Source: Alphaproteobacteria bacterium (GTDB taxonomy: Bacteria > Pseudomonadota > Alphaproteobacteria > SP197). From it: 64,000 nt of DNA. Position 1 is the stretch's first letter, and each line of letters starts with the position of its first letter. The notes beneath the pieces are model-generated. The model saw nothing but the letters and a program-made list of their open reading frames with translations, had not been told where the DNA came from and made no database searches. Position numbers and translations under genes: made by a program. Positions 40,609 through 49,063 of the stretch are shown piece by piece. The stretch is from NCBI GenBank assembly GCA_964291265.2, contig OZ219747.1:1920001-1984000 (forward strand). The letters are read 5' to 3'.

Positions 40609-40640
40609 GAACTCCCTCCCTTTGGTTCCTCAACGCCGCA

Positions 40641-41117
40641 TCACGGGTCCCTCAGCACCACATGCGTCACGACCCGTCCGCATCTGGCGCACCGAAGCGG
40701 CGATTCGCGCCGCTCTTGCGCCTTCACAACCGCAGGTAGGGAGGTCGGCAGCAGTCGGGAAGGGTGGTCCGTAACGATTTCTTCAGAACCGGCGTCTCCA
40801 GACACCGCCGGAACGTCGCCAAGCAGCACCACAGCAGACGTCTGCGTGCCCATGATCTCGGCAACCATCGCCGCCCTGGCCTTCAACGCACGCGCCTCCT
40901 CCGCCTTGCGGAGCCGGTAACGCCGCTGGCGGTGACGGCCCGTCTCACGGCCCTTCAGCGTGCTCTGGTAGCGACGACGCGACGCGCGGCGCCGCTCGAT
41001 CCGGGACCGCTCCCTGCACTCCTTGGAGCAATACACATGTCCCCGGTCACACGACCGGCAGAGAACAACCTGCCGCTGACACCGCCTGCAGTTGAACAGT
41101 CGTCCTGTCGTGCACAC
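40641..41117 (-). CDS. Cys-rich zinc-finger hypothetical protein upstream of istA; start uncertain
   Basis: RLFNCRRCQRQVVLCRSCDRGHVYCSKEC, Arg-rich helix, C-terminal CARCG. Confidence 0.7.
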   Translation of the reverse strand: MCTTGRLFNCRRCQRQVVLCRSCDRGHVYCSKECRERSRIERRRASRRRYQSTLKGRETGRHRQRRYRLRKAEEARALKARAAMVAEIMGTQTSAVVLLGDVPAVSGDAGSEEIVTDHPSRLLPTSLPAVVKAQERRESPLRCARCGRVVTHVVLRDP

Positions 41118-41435
41118 CGTCCGTCTCGAGAGCGGGGGTGGACCCGGACGCAAAATGGCTCGACAATACACGGGAGTTCGGTCCCCCGTGACCGGCTCGT
41201 CCGGGTGCTGCGCCGGGGGGCGTCACAACTCCGCCCGGCATCGCATCGCTCTTTCTCTTGATGCCGATCTAGCATCCACCCGGGGCGGCGGCAAAGACGC
41301 CGCCCCGGGACCGGACAACGCGACCCGCCCACAGGGAAGACAAACAATCCCGCGAGTGCCTCGGAACCGGAACCCTCCCGGCAACCGTCACCAAGACCGA
41401 AGCAGAGGTCGACGGAACCCGAACCGGACCAAAAC

Positions 41436-41528
41436 GACAATAGGAAAAGACGGCGGCGCTCGGGGAGACAACCAGCCGAACACTCAAACCACGACAACAG
41501 GACGTGACAATAGGACCTGACAACAGGG
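41436..41528. repeat. Four GACAAYAGG direct repeats near the IS21 end
   Basis: Copies at 41436, 41493, 41506 and 41519 (13-bp period for the last three). Confidence 0.75.
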
Positions 41529-41600
41529 AAGAAACACGACCCTGACAAAGCGCGGCAAATCGCCGAAATCCCGCCGTTCTATGCAGCCATCAACAGCGCC

Positions 41601-42122
41601 GCGGCTTCGACAGCGCAGCGCGCCAGGTCCTGCTCGGCGACGGTGCGCCATGGATAGGGAACTTCGCCAACGAGCACTTCCCCGACGCTGTCCAGATCGT
41701 CGACATCTTCCACGCCAAGGGCCATCTGTTCGATGTCGCCAAGGCGATCTACAACACACAGCAGCGAGATCGGCGAACGATGGGCCAGAAAGCGGCGCGA
41801 GGAGCTTGATGAGGGCCGCGTCGACGACGTGATCGCCGCCCTGCTGAGCCATGCCGCAAGCTGCGAGGAAGCCCGCAAGAACGCCGAGTACTTCGCCACC
41901 AACCGGGAGCGAATGAACTATCCGAGGTTCAGGGCGATGGGCCTGTGCGCTGCCTCCGGCGTGGTCGAGGGAGGCTGCAAGAACATCGTCGGCACCCGCC
42001 TCAAGCAAGGCGGCATGCACTGGACCGTCGACGGCGCCAACGCCATCATCGCCCTGCGCTGCGCCGTCGAAAGCAACCGCTTCGACGACTTCTGGGAACG
42101 GCGCGCCAGCGCAAGAGCATGA
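41601..42122 (+). pseudogene. ISKra4 transposase, 3' part (extra frameshift near 41755)
   Basis: LGDGAPWI, VDIFHA, RMNYPRFR, SGVVEGGCK and RLKQGGMHW motifs. Confidence 0.85.
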
Positions 42123-42286
42123 ATCTCACAAATCAGACGTACACCCGAGGTCAGGATGTCTGAACTTCGGTTCTTGGTTCCAATCGATCCAGAAAGACCA
42201 GAGCGTCTTTACGCTGACTGGCATCCTACCCATGCGCCGGTCAACAGGATGTAGGCGCCGTCAAGATTCTGCTGCGTCGCGCATAG

Positions 42287-43372
42287 TCACTCGCGCTCGG
42301 CCAGCAACGCCAAGAGCGGCGGGTTGATGTAGAGGTTCTCGCGCCCTGCCTTGATCTCCTCAAGGAGGCCTTCGGCCGCAAGGGCTTTCAGGTAGACGGC
42401 GGCCGTCTGGCGCTTGGCGATATCCGCTTTGACCATGTCGCTGATCCGGCAGCAGGGATGCACGAAGATGAGCTCCGCCAACTCCCGGGAGTAGATTTTC
42501 GGCATCCTCTGCCGAATGGCAGCGCCCGTCTCGTCGAGAAGCTCCCGGATCGCACTGATCTTCGCCGTCGTCCATTCCGCCGTCGTTCTGACGGTCTCAA
42601 GAATGAAGAGTATCCAAGCTTCCCAGTCCTGTCGGGTCGTCACCTCCAGAAGATGCCGGTAGTACAGCGCCTTGTTTCGGATGATGTGCCGGCTGAGATA
42701 AAGGACGGGAACGTCGAGCAGGCCCTTGTCGACGAGATAGAGCAGGTTCAGCACTCGTCCGGTCCGGCCGTTTCCGTCAACGAATGGATGGATCGCCTCG
42801 AACTGATAATGCATGACCGCAAGCCGGATCAGCGGGTCGATCTCCTCGGCCTCGTGAATGTAGCGCTCCCAATTGGCGAGCTTGCTCCGGAGAACGTTCT
42901 CTCCCTCCGGCGGAGTGTAGATGACTTTCCGGGTTGCATCGTTCATCAGCGCCGTTCCCGGCGTGTTGCGAATGTCCAGCTCCACTCCCTTGATCGTTCG
43001 ACAGACTTCGACCGCGATGGCGGTCGAAACCGGCCGTTGGTTCAGCATCTCGAATCCGCGGTGCAAGGCGGTGCGGTAGCGCAGTGCCTCTTTGGTGGCT
43101 GGGTCGGCCCGACCCGTAGCGTCGTTGGCATAGCGGAACAGCCGGTCGGCCGTCGTGATGATGTTCTCGATCTCGGAACTCGCCTGCGCTTCGAGCAGGG
43201 GGATCGAGTTAATCAGCATCGCCTGGTTCGGGATGAGCCGCTCGGAAACCCGGAGCTCCGCTAGTGCCGCGCGCGCGGCGATGCAGCTCCGAAGAATGGC
43301 CTTGGTCTCGGTTTCCGAAGCCGGCGGCAGGTTCGGAAGGTCATTGAAAGGACGCTTGGGATCGAACGTCAT
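42287..43372 (-). CDS. fic: Fic-family protein adenylyltransferase (SoFic-like, class II, C-terminal HTH)
   Basis: HPFVDGNGRTGR active-site motif; SSEIEN inhibitory motif. Confidence 0.92.
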   Translation of the reverse strand: MTFDPKRPFNDLPNLPPASETETKAILRSCIAARAALAELRVSERLIPNQAMLINSIPLLEAQASSEIENIITTADRLFRYANDATGRADPATKEALRYRTALHRGFEMLNQRPVSTAIAVEVCRTIKGVELDIRNTPGTALMNDATRKVIYTPPEGENVLRSKLANWERYIHEAEEIDPLIRLAVMHYQFEAIHPFVDGNGRTGRVLNLLYLVDKGLLDVPVLYLSRHIIRNKALYYRHLLEVTTRQDWEAWILFILETVRTTAEWTTAKISAIRELLDETGAAIRQRMPKIYSRELAELIFVHPCCRISDMVKADIAKRQTAAVYLKALAAEGLLEEIKAGRENLYINPPLLALLAERE

Positions 43373-43655
43373 GTCGATGTATCCTGCTCCCGTCGACACG
43401 TGTTCCGGACATGTCGATCTCATCGACACCTCACTCAAACATGTCGATGAAGAGAGTGTATATCGACATGTTGCGCTGCAGCAAGCACAAGGGCCGACAA
43501 TGTCGCCCACTGTCCATCGGGCGCTCCAAGCTCTCTACTGCGGGCGGAAGATGCCGCCGAGACCTTGGCGCTGACGCGGCCGATCGATGAGCGGTTCCTG
43601 AAATCCTTGCTGCATCGCGCCCACCCGATGGCGCTTCGCCTGCGCCGGCGGGTGT

Positions 43656-43827
43656 GATTCCGGCGTTGCCCCCTATGTCAGTGCCTCGATGAGGGCGTCG
43701 AGGGTCCGGTTGGGACGCTCCGCCATCATCATGTGACCTTAACCCCTCGAGGACGATCAAGCGGCCGTGGGGGAGGGCATCGAGGAAGGACCGGGTATGG
43801 CGCGGCGGTGTCATCATGTCGCGGTCG
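43656..43827 (-). pseudogene. Diverged duplicate of the 3' end of the alpha/beta hydrolase gene (27723-27893)
   Basis: Direct repeat of ~170 bp with scattered substitutions and a frameshift. Confidence 0.8.
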
Positions 43828-43828
43828 A

Positions 43829-44067
43829 CCCAACACCCCACCCTCATCACCGCCCTGATGACCGCCGATGCCAGCATCGAGCCGAACCACGAAAGCGGCA
43901 TCCTCGGCCTGGCCAACAACGCAACGACAAAGGCACATGCTGGCGCTGATCGAAGAACTCGACCAGACCAGGACCGTCCATCCGGGAACAAGCCTCCGCC
44001 TTACGACATCGACGGCGCAACACTCCACAATCGCCTCACTTGACGTCGGACGAGGCCAGGATGTCTG
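43829..44067 (+). pseudogene. Transposase C-terminal remnant with a right end of the same family as the 24555-24815 MITE
   Basis: LITALMTADASIEP / LIEELDQTRTVHPGTSLRL; 44002-44067 matches 24751-24815. Confidence 0.6.
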
Positions 44068-44278
44068 AACTTCTTCAGTGGCAATCCACGATCCCGACGT
44101 CGCATGGCCCGTCGTCCGGCACGACTCACCGTGGCGCATTGATTCGGACACCGTGCCGAACGGCGGTGCGGGCCGGGCCCATGACGCTGACGGCGAAAAC
44201 GACTTCGCGCATGGGGTGGCCTTGACGTCAACCCTGCTGAATCGCAGGTGAATGGGGATCCAGGGCGTCGAAGGTCGG

Positions 44279-45415
44279 CTACCAGGTGCGGCCGCGGGCC
44301 TCGATGGGCCAGATGTCGACGAGGCGATCGCCGCGGACGCAGTGATAGACGTCGTGGAGATTGACCGTGGGATCGCAGTGGGGTGTAACGCATGTGACGA
44401 TGTCGCCGACGGCGGGCCCCTTGGCTCCCGGCCTGACGACGATCCTGCCATGCTCGTCGCCCATGAATTCGTAGAGCGAGCCTTCCGGGGCGCCGCCGAT
44501 GACCCTCGGTACCGGTCCGTCCGTGGCGAAGGCCTTGATCCCCGCATCGATGGTGGCGGCGCCCGCCACGTTGGCCGAGATCACCGTCGACTGCACGAAG
44601 AGGGCGGTCCGAAAGGGGCCGGCGGTGCCGTCCCGGCGCATCACGGCACTGTACTCCACGTCCATGAAGATCGCCGAGCCCACCTGGATGTCGGTAAAGA
44701 CACCGCATCCGGAATCGTGGTCATAGGTCCCTGTGCCGCCGCCGGTGACGATCCCGGGAGAACCGGTGACCTGCGCCATGGCGCGCCGTGCTTCCTCGAC
44801 ATGGGCAGCCACCTCGGCGGCCTTCCTCTCGCGCAAGGTGCAGTCGGCAATGTGCTGGATGTCGCCGGCGTAGCACTGCAAACCGGCAAGGACGAGCGAG
44901 GGTCGGCGGACGATCTCCCGTGCCAGGATGACGGCATCCGCAATCGAGGAGACACCGGTACGGTTGGTGCCGATGCCGAGATCGACGAGGACCTTCACGG
45001 GTCTCCTGCGCCCGGCTGCAAGGGACGCGAGGCGATCGGCGACCGTGGTGTTGTCGACCACGAGGATCAGCTCCTCTGCCGCGTCGTGGAGCGTCAGGAC
45101 CCGTTCAAGCTTGTCGGCGGTGACGATCGGCGAGGTGATGAGGATGCGGTCGATGCCCTCACGGACGAGGGCGTCGGCCTCACCGAGCTTGGCGACGCAG
45201 ATTCCCGTCGCTCCGGCATCGAGCTGGCGCCTTGCGATCTCCGCGCACTTGTGGGTCTTGGCGTGGGGCCGCCAGCCGGCCTGCGTCCGGCTGAAGTTGT
45301 CTTCCAAGGTCCTGATGTTGTGTTCAAGGGCATCGAGATCCAGCACCAGGGCCGGGGTCGCCAGTCGCCACCTGTTCTCTCCCGTCAGATGATGGTTGAT
45401 GGAAGGGCCGGTCAT
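44279..45415 (-). CDS. DSD1-family PLP enzyme (D-threonine aldolase/D-serine dehydratase-like)
   Basis: TPALVLDL, RPHAKTHK, TGGGTGT, DAGIKA, DEHG and PHCDPTVNLHD motifs; SD AGGAG. Confidence 0.9.
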   Translation of the reverse strand: MTGPSINHHLTGENRWRLATPALVLDLDALEHNIRTLEDNFSRTQAGWRPHAKTHKCAEIARRQLDAGATGICVAKLGEADALVREGIDRILITSPIVTADKLERVLTLHDAAEELILVVDNTTVADRLASLAAGRRRPVKVLVDLGIGTNRTGVSSIADAVILAREIVRRPSLVLAGLQCYAGDIQHIADCTLRERKAAEVAAHVEEARRAMAQVTGSPGIVTGGGTGTYDHDSGCGVFTDIQVGSAIFMDVEYSAVMRRDGTAGPFRTALFVQSTVISANVAGAATIDAGIKAFATDGPVPRVIGGAPEGSLYEFMGDEHGRIVVRPGAKGPAVGDIVTCVTPHCDPTVNLHDVYHCVRGDRLVDIWPIEARGRTW

Positions 45416-45599
45416 GACGGTCTCCTGGCTCGGACGGTGGATGGTGGCCGTGAACTCTTTCCACGGCAAGGTGTGAACGGTCATTGCATCATCCGGCGAG
45501 AGGACGATACTTGGAGTCGCCATTGACGGAGCTGCGCGTGGAACGCGTCCTGCTTCAGGATCAGGCCGGTGGTGTCCTTGCCCGGGGGTGCGGCGCCGC

Positions 45600-47129
45600 A
45601 TGACCCGGCGACGCGGTCGGGACCGCCGCAGGGGGGAGCGCCTTCAGGCGCCGGTTGCCGCGGTGTCGCCCGGTTGTCCGGGCGGTTGCTACAGACCGCT
45701 CTCCGACGGTGATGTGGCGGCGATCCATCGGTGCGTCATGCGCCTGATGGAGGAAGTCGGGTTTTCGGGCGCCATTCCCCCGATGGTCGAGCGCGTCACC
45801 CAGCGGGGCGGCAGGATCTGCGGCAACGGACGGCTCCACATTCCCGCATCCCTCGTCGAGGAGGTGCTGTGTCGCAGCCGGCGCTCCTTCGTGGCCTGGG
45901 GGCAGACCCGCGAACATGACCTCGACATTGCCGACGGACGGGTTCATTTCGGATCCGGGGGCGCCTCGCCCAACATCGTCGATCTGGAGACGGGGCGCTA
46001 CCGGAGCGCCACGGTGCGGGACCTCTACGACGTCGCCCGCATCGTCGATACCCTCGACAACATCCACTTCTACGACCGCTCGCTCGTGGCCTGCGACATC
46101 GAGGACTCTCTCTGCTTCGACATCAACACGGCCTACGCCATCCTCGCCGGCACCGCCAAGCATGTCGGAACCAGCATCACCGAAGCCCGCAATGTCGAGG
46201 CCGTGGTCGGGTTGTTCGATGCCGTTGCCGGCGGTCAGGGCCGGTATCGTCAACGACCCTTTGCCATGCTGTTGTCGTGCCACGTGGTTCCGCCCCTTCG
46301 TTTTGCCGAGGAGCCCTTGTGGGTACTCGAAAGGGCCATTCCCCTCGGCGTGCCGGTGATGCTGGTTTCCGCGGGACAGGCCGGCGCCACGGCGCCGGCG
46401 ACTCTGGCAGGGGCGGTGGCCCAGGCGGTTGCCGAGGCACTTGCCGGACTGGTCTACTGCCACCTCATCGATCCCGACTGCGTGGCCATCATCGGGCCCA
46501 AGCCCCTGGTCTCGGACCTGCGCACCGGAGCCATGTGCGGTGGCAGCGGGGAACAGGCGGTCGCCGCCGCCGCCGCAACCCAGATGGCGCGTCACTATGG
46601 CCTGCCGTGCAGCGTCATGGCTGGCATCACGGATTCCAAGGTTCCCGATGCCCAGTCCGGCTACGAGAAGGCCTGTGCCGTCACGCTGGCCGCCCAGGCG
46701 GGCTGTTCGATGATCACCCAGAGCTGCGGCATGCACGCGAGCCTGCTCGGCGCCGCACCGGAAAGCTACATCATCGACAATGACATGCTCGGCGCCATCA
46801 TGCGGACGGTCCGCGGCATCGAGGTCAACGACGACACGCTGTCGGTCGATACCGTGAACGAGGTGGTGACCGGAGAAGGCCACTACCTGGGTCACGCGCA
46901 GACTCTCGGCGCCATGACCCGGGACTACCTCTACCCCCGGCTGGCGGACCGGCAACCGCCCGGCGCATGGGAGGAAGCCGGCGCACTCGACATCCGGGAG
47001 AGGGCACGCCGGGAAGCCCGGCGGATCCTCCGGGATCACCGGACGGGTCACCTTTCCCGGGCGCTCGACCGACGGCTGCGCGAGCACTTTCCCATTCACC
47101 TGCCGCCGGAGGTCATGCATCCGCCATGA
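45600..47129 (+). CDS. Trimethylamine methyltransferase (MttB) family protein, no pyrrolysine codon
   Basis: GATAPATLAGA, SDLRTGAM.GGSGE, DSKVPDAQSGYEK and GHYLG motifs; no in-frame TAG; start approximate. Confidence 0.9.
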   Translation: MTRRRGRDRRRGERLQAPVAAVSPGCPGGCYRPLSDGDVAAIHRCVMRLMEEVGFSGAIPPMVERVTQRGGRICGNGRLHIPASLVEEVLCRSRRSFVAWGQTREHDLDIADGRVHFGSGGASPNIVDLETGRYRSATVRDLYDVARIVDTLDNIHFYDRSLVACDIEDSLCFDINTAYAILAGTAKHVGTSITEARNVEAVVGLFDAVAGGQGRYRQRPFAMLLSCHVVPPLRFAEEPLWVLERAIPLGVPVMLVSAGQAGATAPATLAGAVAQAVAEALAGLVYCHLIDPDCVAIIGPKPLVSDLRTGAMCGGSGEQAVAAAAATQMARHYGLPCSVMAGITDSKVPDAQSGYEKACAVTLAAQAGCSMITQSCGMHASLLGAAPESYIIDNDMLGAIMRTVRGIEVNDDTLSVDTVNEVVTGEGHYLGHAQTLGAMTRDYLYPRLADRQPPGAWEEAGALDIRERARREARRILRDHRTGHLSRALDRRLREHFPIHLPPEVMHPP

Positions 47130-49063
47130 TGCTGCCTCATCTGTTTTCACCCGCCGCGATCGCAGGCAGGGAGATCCGCAACCGGATCGTCTTCACCGGT
47201 CATCACACCCATCTTGCCGACGGGCCGGTGAGCGATGACCTGGTGGCATACCACGAGGCACGGGCAGCCGGCGGCGCCGGTCTCATCGTCGTCGAGATCG
47301 CCACCATTCACGATACCGGGGTCTTTGCCGCCCATTGCCTCGATGCCCGCTCGGCGGACTGCATTCCGGGATACCGCCGCCTCGCCGGTGCGGTGCAGCG
47401 GCACGGCGTGCGGCTCTTCGGCCAGCTGTTCCATCCGGGCCGGGAAATCCAGGTCCGCACCGATGGCCTCATGGCCACTGCCGTGGCTCCCAGTCCGGTG
47501 GCCAGCGAGCGCTTTCATGTCATGCCACGGGCCATGTCCGGCGCTCTCATCGAGGAGGTCATAGAGGGGTTTGCCCGGGGAGCCGGATATCTTGCCGAGG
47601 CCGGCCTCGACGGTGTGGAACTGGTCGCCAGCCATGGCTACCTGCCGGCGCAGTTCCTCAACCCCCGGCTCAATCTCCGGGATGATGCATGGGGCGGTTC
47701 CTTCCAAAGGCGCCTTCGCTTCGTCGAGGAAACGCTGTCCGCAATGCGGGCTGCGATCGGCGATGCGGCACTCGGCATGCGGATTTCCGGCGACGAACTC
47801 GACCGGGCCGAGGGCCTCACGGCCGATGATGTCGAAGCCATCGCAGGGGCCCTGGCGCACCGCCTCGACTACATCAGCGTTGTTGCCGGCATGTCGTCGA
47901 GTCTCGGCGCGTCGATCCACATCGCCGCCCCCATGGGCATTCCGGCGGGATACATCGCTCCCCTTGCCAGGCGGGTGAGGAAGGCTTCCGGGTTGCCGGT
48001 GATCGCCACCGGACGCATCAATCAGCCGCAAGTCGCCGAGAGCATCCTGGCGTCGGGCGATGCGGATCTCTGTGGCATGACCAGGGCGATGATCTCGGAT
48101 CCCGCCATGGCGCTGAAGGCGCGTGAGCAGCGCTTCGACGATATCCGGGCCTGCATTGCCTGCAACCAGGCCTGCATCGGGCATTCGCACAAGGGCGTTG
48201 CCATCTCCTGCATCCAGAACCCCGCCTCCGGGCGCGAACGCCGTTACGGCACGGTCCTGCCATCCTCCGTCACTCGCTCCGTGATGGTGGCCGGCGCAGG
48301 TCCGGCCGGGCTCAAGGCGGCGGCGGTTGCCGCTGCGCGAGGCCACCGGGTCACGCTGCACGAGGCCGGAGACGTGCCGGGCGGACAGGCGCGGCATGCC
48401 TCCATGCTTCCGGGACGCCAGGAATTCGGCGGTCTGGTGCAGAATCTGGAACGCGAGGCGCGCAGCGCCGGCGCGGAAATCCGCACCGGATCGACGGTAT
48501 CTCCCCGCCTCGTCGAGGAATGCGAACCCGATGCTGTCATCGTGGCCACCGGCGCCCGGCCATGGATCCCGCCCATCGAGGGCGAAGCCCATGTCGTCGA
48601 GGCCATTGCACTGCTCGACGGGGCCAGCGTCGGTCATTCCGTCGTGATCGCCGACGGGCGCGCCGACTGGACCGGCCTCGGCCTGGCGGAGAGGCTGGCC
48701 GAGGCGGGCCACAGGGTGCGCCTCGCGGTCAACGGCGCCATGGCGGGAGAAATCCTCCAGCTCTATGTCCGCAACCACCATGTCGGACGGGTGCGCAAGC
48801 TGGGCGTCGACATCATCACCCATGCGCGTCTCTTCGGCGCCGACGATGACGTGGCCTACTTCCAGGACACGCTGACGGGAGAAGCGATCATCCTCGAGGA
48901 CATGGATTCCCTGGTGGTCTCTCAGGGCCATGTGCCGCACGACGATCTCGGTCTTGCTCTCGAGGCTACGGGCCGATCCTTCATGCGGGTCGGCGACTGC
49001 CTCGCCCCGAGAAGCGCCGAAGAAGCGGTTCTCGAAGGCCTCGAGGCCGCCTGGGGGCTGTGA
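47126..49063 (+). CDS. NADH:flavin oxidoreductase (OYE barrel, Fe-S and FAD domains; amine dehydrogenase/demethylase-like)
   Basis: QLFHPGRE, DGVELVASHGYL..QFL, CIACNQAC and VAGAGPAG motifs. Confidence 0.88.
   Translation: MMLPHLFSPAAIAGREIRNRIVFTGHHTHLADGPVSDDLVAYHEARAAGGAGLIVVEIATIHDTGVFAAHCLDARSADCIPGYRRLAGAVQRHGVRLFGQLFHPGREIQVRTDGLMATAVAPSPVASERFHVMPRAMSGALIEEVIEGFARGAGYLAEAGLDGVELVASHGYLPAQFLNPRLNLRDDAWGGSFQRRLRFVEETLSAMRAAIGDAALGMRISGDELDRAEGLTADDVEAIAGALAHRLDYISVVAGMSSSLGASIHIAAPMGIPAGYIAPLARRVRKASGLPVIATGRINQPQVAESILASGDADLCGMTRAMISDPAMALKAREQRFDDIRACIACNQACIGHSHKGVAISCIQNPASGRERRYGTVLPSSVTRSVMVAGAGPAGLKAAAVAAARGHRVTLHEAGDVPGGQARHASMLPGRQEFGGLVQNLEREARSAGAEIRTGSTVSPRLVEECEPDAVIVATGARPWIPPIEGEAHVVEAIALLDGASVGHSVVIADGRADWTGLGLAERLAEAGHRVRLAVNGAMAGEILQLYVRNHHVGRVRKLGVDIITHARLFGADDDVAYFQDTLTGEAIILEDMDSLVVSQGHVPHDDLGLALEATGRSFMRVGDCLAPRSAEEAVLEGLEAAWGL

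Larger units (their letters stand above)
36276..41595 (-). mobile_element. IS21-family transposon with cargo genes (5320 bp)
   Basis: TG...CA ends; imperfect IRs sharing TAGAACGGCGGGAT; 5-bp TSD GCGCC at 36271-36275 and 41596-41600; removal rejoins REAQR-RGFD. Confidence 0.9.
34998..42146 (+). mobile_element. ISKra4-family element interrupted by an IS21-family transposon
   Basis: 25-bp IRs GGGTGTACGTCGGGATTGTGAGATT / AATCTCACAAATCAGACGTACACCC; 9-bp TSD GAGGTCAGG at 34989-34997 and 42147-42155. Confidence 0.9.

Noticed and set aside
39277-40920. Long antisense ORFs (also 12716-14092, 28239-29738, 45561-47150, 47147-48940, 55552-57222)
   Set aside because: Shadow frames opposite well-supported genes, expected in high-GC DNA.
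45600-47129. Pyrrolysine-containing methyltransferase
   Set aside because: No in-frame amber codon and no pyl genes in the window.
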